From the NCBI RefSeq assembly GCF_018350175.1, contig NC_058382.1:60638001-60698000 (forward strand): DNA of 60,000 nucleotides, written 5' to 3'. Shown here one piece after another: positions 54,483 to 60,000 of the stretch. The position numbers and the translations under genes were made by a program. The notes below the pieces were generated by a model that was not told the origin of the DNA, searched no databases, and saw only the letters and a program-made list of their open reading frames with translations. The number at the start of each line of letters is the position of its first letter. The stretch's first letter is position 1. The DNA comes from Felis catus. Taxonomy: Eukaryota.

Positions 54483-54690
54483 GGCACGTCACCCATCGCT
54501 CAGGATTCACGCTGTCACACTGTGTCCAGACCACACACGTCACCTGTCGCTCAGAGCACATGTCCACTGTCACGCCGTGTCCCCAAACACACGTGTCACC
54601 CATCAGAACACATGTCCGATGTCACGCCGTGTCCCCAAACACACGTGTCACCTGTCACTCAGCACACACAATGTCATACTGTGTCCTACA
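54483..54690. repeat. ~50-bp minisatellite (~4 copies)
   Basis: TGTCACGCCGTGTCCCCAAACACACGTGTCACC occurs twice exactly, plus diverged flanking copies. Confidence 0.8.
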
Positions 54691-56920
54691 AGTTCTTTTT
54701 ACCAATGTCCCATGTTGTGATCCTCTCGTGCAGATGCTGGGGCCTCGTCCTGTCCGCCCGTGTCTCAGGGGCACCGAGGGGTGCCCTCCCCCCACGGGCG
54801 GACAGCGACAACGGGGCTGACTTTCCTTCCTTTGTCAAATTCTACAGTTTCAGGTGCACACAGCACAAGTGACCTCCGCAGTCAGCGCTCAGAGCCCTAA
54901 CTCGCGTGCTCGCGGGGACATGCCGGCCACCCCGCGGCCTCTCGGCCCCACTTCTCGGTGAGAGGGATTGTGGGCCTCCCAGCCGGCGGCCTGGCTCCTG
55001 TCTCCGCCTCTGAGAGCCGCGCGTGTGCCCACGGCCTGTCCCCGCCTTTGCCCTCGACCCCACGCCCTCCACCCGGCACAGCTGGACGCTATCTTGACCG
55101 AGGGCGGCCGGGGGGCCGGGGGACGCGGGGCTGGGCCGGGCCCCGGGAACCAAGGCCTGTCAGGGGATGATGTCCTGATGTGGGTGTCGTCACCAGGGAA
55201 CCGGGGGCCCACTCAGCCTTTCCTGGGGTGCCCGAGAGCGGGCTGGCAGGGCAGGTGGGCACCACCGGAGGGGCCCCCCGGGGCGGAGCCGTCCCTGCCG
55301 CCCGTTCCTCCACCACCTCCGGCGGCAAGCGGCCCGGGAGGACGGCGCAGCCTGCCGAGGACAGCGGCGCCTACCACGAATCCGTCCCCTCCTGAGCAAC
55401 CCGGCCTCGTGGCTCAGACGCGTGTGGCTAAGCCGACGGAGCCCGCTCTATTTCCCACCAGAGGCAGAGTTTACAAGCTGTCCCGGGACCTACTCTCTGC
55501 CCCCCCCCCCCAAGCGTGAGCCGCGACCCCGCAAGGACTCGGACGTCCAGGTGGCAGCCGTGTGGACAGCCAGAGCCCAAACAAGCCGACTCGAACTTGC
55601 CCATCTGGCTGCACAGACCGCCTCCTGGGGGGGGGGTGGCGGGGGTGGCGCAGGGGTGGCATCTGCTCTGGAAAAGGATAGGCTACAATAACAGTGCCTC
55701 GGGGAGGAGGCCACTGACCCGACCTGAGTCTCGAGCAGGGGGACCCCTGGGGGCGTGGCCAGGTCTGCACCTTCCGGTCACCAGGTGGCGACGGAGATCC
55801 CTCCTCCCTCAGTGGGGGGGGGGGGGGGGGGACCTCCTCCGGGGTCCGTTCTGCCCCCCTTGCTGTTCAGACAGGCCTTAGCTGGAGCCCCTCCTACCCC
55901 TGGAGGCCGCGAAGAAGGAGGGGCTCCCAGAGAACACAGGCCGCTGAGACGCCGGGGAACCTGCCGACACGCCCAGGCTTGTGGTCACCAGCAGGGGCTG
56001 CGCACACCTCTGCCTGTCCCCTGTCCTCGCCTTGTCCCCAGGCCGGGACCTTGGGCAAGCAAAGAAGCTGCGGGGGAGGGCAGGAGGGGCCGCGGCCTGG
56101 GGGGCAGGCCCTTGACCGTGCAGCCGTGGGCAGCTCCAGGCCTCCGTTCCCACGTCTGTGCGACGGGGTTCGCACGTCCTGCCTGAAGGGTCATCCGAGG
56201 GCCACACTGAACGGAGGACCAGGTGCAGGGCCGGGGTTCGAGTCCGTCCCACCCACCGCTGACTAAGCCCCTCCTATCACCCCAGCCTCGCGGAGGCCCC
56301 AGGAACCCCAGGGGGGGCGCTCCAGGTCACCTGCCACACCCGGAGCCACCCCAAGCCTGGGCACCGCCCCCTCCATCACACACTGGCCGTGGCACCGGCT
56401 CGACCAGAAATACGACGTTGTACAGCAAGCGCACATTTTCGTTAAAAAAAATCCATGCGACCCGGCCCAAGAGGCAGGAGGGAAATGCGTTTACGGCAAA
56501 GGCTCCTCACGTTCCTCTTTGTGCCCCAAGGGCCGCGCTTCCCAGCCCCCAGGTCGTCTCTCTCTCTCTGAGCCACCGGCGACCCGCCACGGCTCCCCAG
56601 AGAGGGTGGCACTCCCTCGTCCCAGCCAAGCCACGTCCGCCTGCACCCGTCCTCGGCCCCTCCCGCACCACGCGCCCCGTGACCTCCCAGAGGCTCCCCT
56701 GCTCCGGCCCCCGGGCACGGGGCCACGGGTAGAGGCTCCCGGGGGCAGAAGCAGTTTCTAGGGGAGCAGGACCCTGAGGCCAGGATGGCGGAGGCGACGG
56801 TGGTGCTTCCTGGATGCGGAGTTTGGGGAAGATGGAAAGTTCTGAGGCTGGGTGGTGGGGACGGCTGCACAGTACGGAGACTGCACCTAAACCACTGCAC
56901 CACATGCTTAAAATCGGTTA

Positions 56921-57140
56921 GGGGCGCCCGGGTGGCTCAGTGGGTTGAGCGACTGACTTCAGCTCAGGTCATGATCTCGCGGTCCGTGAGTTCGAGCCCC
57001 GCGTCAGGCTCTGGGCTGATGGCTCAGAGCCTGGAGCCTGCTTCCGATTTTGTGTCTCCCCCTCTCTCTGCCCCTCCCCTGCTCATACTCTGTGTCTCTC
57101 TCTCACTCTCAATAAATAAACGTTAAAAAGACAAACAAAC
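56921..57140 (+). mobile_element. Full-length feliform-type CAN-SINE
   Basis: GGGGCGCCCGGGTGGCTCAG...GGCTCAGAGCCTGGAGCCTGCTTCCGATT...AATAAATAAACGTTAAAAA; CGGTTA on both flanks. Confidence 0.95.
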
Positions 57141-57173
57141 AAACGGTTAAGATGATCAATTTCGTGTTCCGGG

Positions 57174-57371
57174 TTTTTTTTTTTTTTATATTTATTTTTG
57201 AGAGAGAAAGAGAGCGTGAGTGAGAGCACAAGAGGGGGAGGGGCAGAGAGAGGGAGACACAGAATCCAAAACAGGCTCCAGGCCCCCAGCTGTCAGCAGA
57301 GCCCGACATGGGGCTTGAACCCATGAACAGAGAGACCATGACCTAAGACAACTGAGCCCCCCAGGGACCCC
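57174..57371 (-). mobile_element. CAN-SINE
   Basis: Poly(T), GA-rich segment and GGGAGACACAGAATCCAAAACAGGCTCCAGGC on plus. Confidence 0.9.
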
Positions 57372-57557
57372 TAATTTTTTTTAAGTCATCTCTACACCCG
57401 ACGTGGGACCTGAATTCACGTGGAGCCTGCTTCAGATTCTGTGTCTCCCTTTTTCTCTGCCCCTCCCCTGCTCGTGCTGTCTGTCTCTCTCTCTCAAAAA
57501 TAAACATTAAAAAAAAAAAAGTTGCATGTTCTACCGACTGAACCAGCCAGGCGCCCC
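57372..57557 (-). mobile_element. Short CAN-SINE interrupted by a 5'-truncated plus-strand SINE (57421-57520)
   Basis: Halves at 57372-57420 and 57521-57557 (..CCAGCCAGGCGCCCC) flank TGGAGCCTGCTTCAGATTCTGTGTCTC...poly(A). Confidence 0.8.
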
Positions 57558-60000
57558 TGTGTTCTGTGTCTTTTACCAAAATAAGAAAATAAACATTTGA
57601 GTTCAGCGAAGGATGTCAGGAACCAGAACCCGGGGGCCAGGCGGGCCGGAGCCTGAGAGTGTGGGAACCGGCCCCGGCCTCTCCCACACCAGGCTGAGCA
57701 GAAGGGAAAGAATCTCTGAGAAGCTTATCTGCCCGAAGCAGGAAATCGGAGATGGAGGGCCAGAGGCGCGGCCGGCGGGGCACCGCCGGGTGGCCCGGCC
57801 CCGAGAGGGACCCACCGCGGCCCTGGAATTCAACACGCGCGATCTGCCCCGCAGAAGGTCCGGTCTGGGCTCCGCAGACAGCCGGGTGGGAGACGGCGTC
57901 TGCGGCCACACCGACGGGGCTCCCAGGTGCCCGCCGCAGGGTGCCAGCTCGCAGAGGCCCGGCTGCCGTCCCTCACTCGTCCGCCGAAGCTGGCACCAGG
58001 CGGGCGGGTGACGCCGGCCCAGGGGACGTGAGCGGGGGAAAGCCGGGCCCGCTGCCTCCAGTGGGCCGAGTGGCAGAGGGGGCTCGGGGTCCGGGCTGGG
58101 CCGGCCACCCTCCCCTGGGAGCAGGGACCGGGGACGGGGCAAGAGGCCAGCAAGGGAGCACAGGCAAACCGGCCTCGAGAGTGGAACTCGGGCCAGCGCT
58201 CGCGATGCGCTCCATCCAGAGGAAGACGCGGGCCTCAGAGAGGAAAGGCTTCCGTGGTGGTGGCGACCGGGGCTTAGTTCTGGACTCCTGGCTCCACATC
58301 CGGGCCTTCCGGGCCCCTCCGTGCGGCCATCGAGGCTGCCGGGCTGAGTGCCGTGAACGTGGCCTCACTGTGCCTGTGCACGCAGAGGAGGCGGCCTGGA
58401 GGAGGTGGCATTTCTTTTGGCCTTAAAGGCCGGCCAAGACTCGGGGAAGGGTGGAGGAGGTGCCCGTTGGCCCCAGGCTAAAGCAGAGAAGGAAGAACCG
58501 GCTGGAGGAACAGGGCCCCCGCTCTGCCCAGGCAGCTCCCACCTCCCCAAGAGAGCAGCTCTGGCTGGCCTGTGACCTCATGGGGGAAATATGCCTTTTC
58601 CTGAGCCAGGAACAATAGGTTGGGGGTTGGGGGAAGAGAGCCCTGCCCGGCAGGAAAGGACTCCCTCCTGCCAGGCCCCCTCACCCTCGAGCCAGCGCAT
58701 GCTTAACCCTTTACAGACCCTCAGGCAGCCCCGCACAGCCCCGAAGTCCCACCCGGCAAGCGGTCCACCAGACGCTGGGCCTGTCGATGAGGGAAGTGGG
58801 GTCTCGGCCGGTGCAGGTCAGGAAGGGGAGGGGAGGTCACCCGGAGGCCCACACTGGGCCCACGCTGCAGATCAGGCTCCCGGGTCTTGGGCCTTGTCCC
58901 CTGGGGCTGGCCGGTGGCAGGTGGCAGGAGGCTGCCCAGACCTTCCCCACCCCTTCCCTCCTGAGGGAGCCGGAGCTCCGAGCCTCCATCTCCCCATCTC
59001 TAAAGCAGGGTGGACAAGACGTCTGCACGTGAAGTGGGGGCGGGGGGACGGGCGGGCGCTTCACCTGCCGGCAGGGTCCTCAGTGACCCTGCGGGGGGTG
59101 TGGCCGGCACCACTGGCGGGGAGGAAACAAACGTGGCCAGGCTGAGCAGTGAGCCACAGGCCGGCGACACAGGCAGAGCGGAGCAGGGTGGGAAGGCGGT
59201 GGCCGGCGTGGGCACGGGGACCAGGGCTCTGACTTCCAGCCACAGCCCACACCAGTGTCACAAGCTGGAAGGACAGTGTCCCAGGGAGAGGCAGAGGGGC
59301 CTGGGCGGGGTGGACGAGCCACAGCCAGCACTGTCCCGGGCACCTAGGACGGGCAGGATGGCTGCCTCTACTTTGCAGGTGAGGAAGCTGAGGGGCTCCC
59401 GGGGACCGGCGCTGACACCCTGCCACTCGGAAACGGTGCAGGCCCAGGTGACCCTCGGTGCAGGTCAGGAAGGGCCGGGGGTGGGGGGTGGGGGGTGGGG
59501 GCCGGTGCGGGACCAGCAGGTCTGAGGGGGCAGCTGCGGGCGCAGGGGCGGCCGGGACGGCAGAGGGAGGGGCACTTCCTCCTCTGCGAGCTGTGCCCTG
59601 CAGGGGTGAGGCCCTGAGCACCCCGGCTGGGCTGCCGGGTCACAGGGAGAAGGGCTGAGGCCGCCAGCCCAGTGGTCTGGGAGGAAGAGCGCCATGGACA
59701 AGCAAACTCGTCCCCACCCCCCTCTGGGCCTCGGTCTCCCCCCTGGTGAAAATGGGAGCCAAAGGGCCGGGTCTGAAATCTGGTGGCTCCGCCCAGCTCT
59801 ACGGGAGACAGGCCTCCCTGTGCCCGCGTCCTCGGCTGCTACGTGACAGGGATCCCGCTGTGCCCCTCCGGGGACCGAGGCAGTGGGCACGGTGCCCAGC
59901 ACGTGGCAGGAGGGGGCTGGCCGGGCACCGTGGGACATGGCAGCCGGCCGTCCATGCACAGGATTCCTCTTGAGAGAAACAGAAACAGAAACCCGATTCG

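Larger units (their letters stand above)
56690..57590 (+). mobile_element. L1M 3' end split by a SINE cluster
   Basis: GTTTGGGGAAGATGGAAAGTTCTG...GGCTGCACA...CTTAAAATCGGTTA / AGATGATCAATTTCGTGTT / TTTTACCAAAATAA. Confidence 0.7.

Noticed and set aside
56921..57000. tRNA-like A/B-box sequences (also at 1355, 8251 and 20179)
   Set aside because: These are CAN-SINE heads with SINE bodies, tails and TSDs, not tRNA genes.

Overview
This is very GC-rich mammalian genomic DNA; the CAN-SINEs are of the feliform (cat-like) type. It carries the conserved SNAI3 - RNF166 - CTU2 - PIEZO1 cluster, which I recognise as orthologous to human 16q24. Gene models were rebuilt by hand from GT-AG junctions and reading phase. 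SNAI3 (-) has exon 1 and the start of exon 2 in the window. RNF166 (-) is complete, with 6 exons and 237 aa. CTU2 (+) is complete, with 15 exons and about 511 aa. PIEZO1 (-) has coding exons 2-51 (7508 nt, frame intact); exon 1 lies beyond the right edge. RNF166 and CTU2 share a compact CpG-island bidirectional promoter, and CTU2 and PIEZO1 converge with back-to-back poly(A) signals. I see no new gene or system. The most unusual signal is that three PIEZO1 introns (13, 20, 48) carry tandem duplications of their own exon/5'-splice-site junction, giving extra donors that would all be non-productive. Also notable are U-free splice acceptors, several stop-free 3n introns, in-frame upstream ATGs ahead of the SNAI3 SNAG domain, and GC-eroded ancient repeats. 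Gene and repeat identities come from recalled sequences, not database searches. Most long ORFs in the supplied track are GC-rich shadow ORFs.
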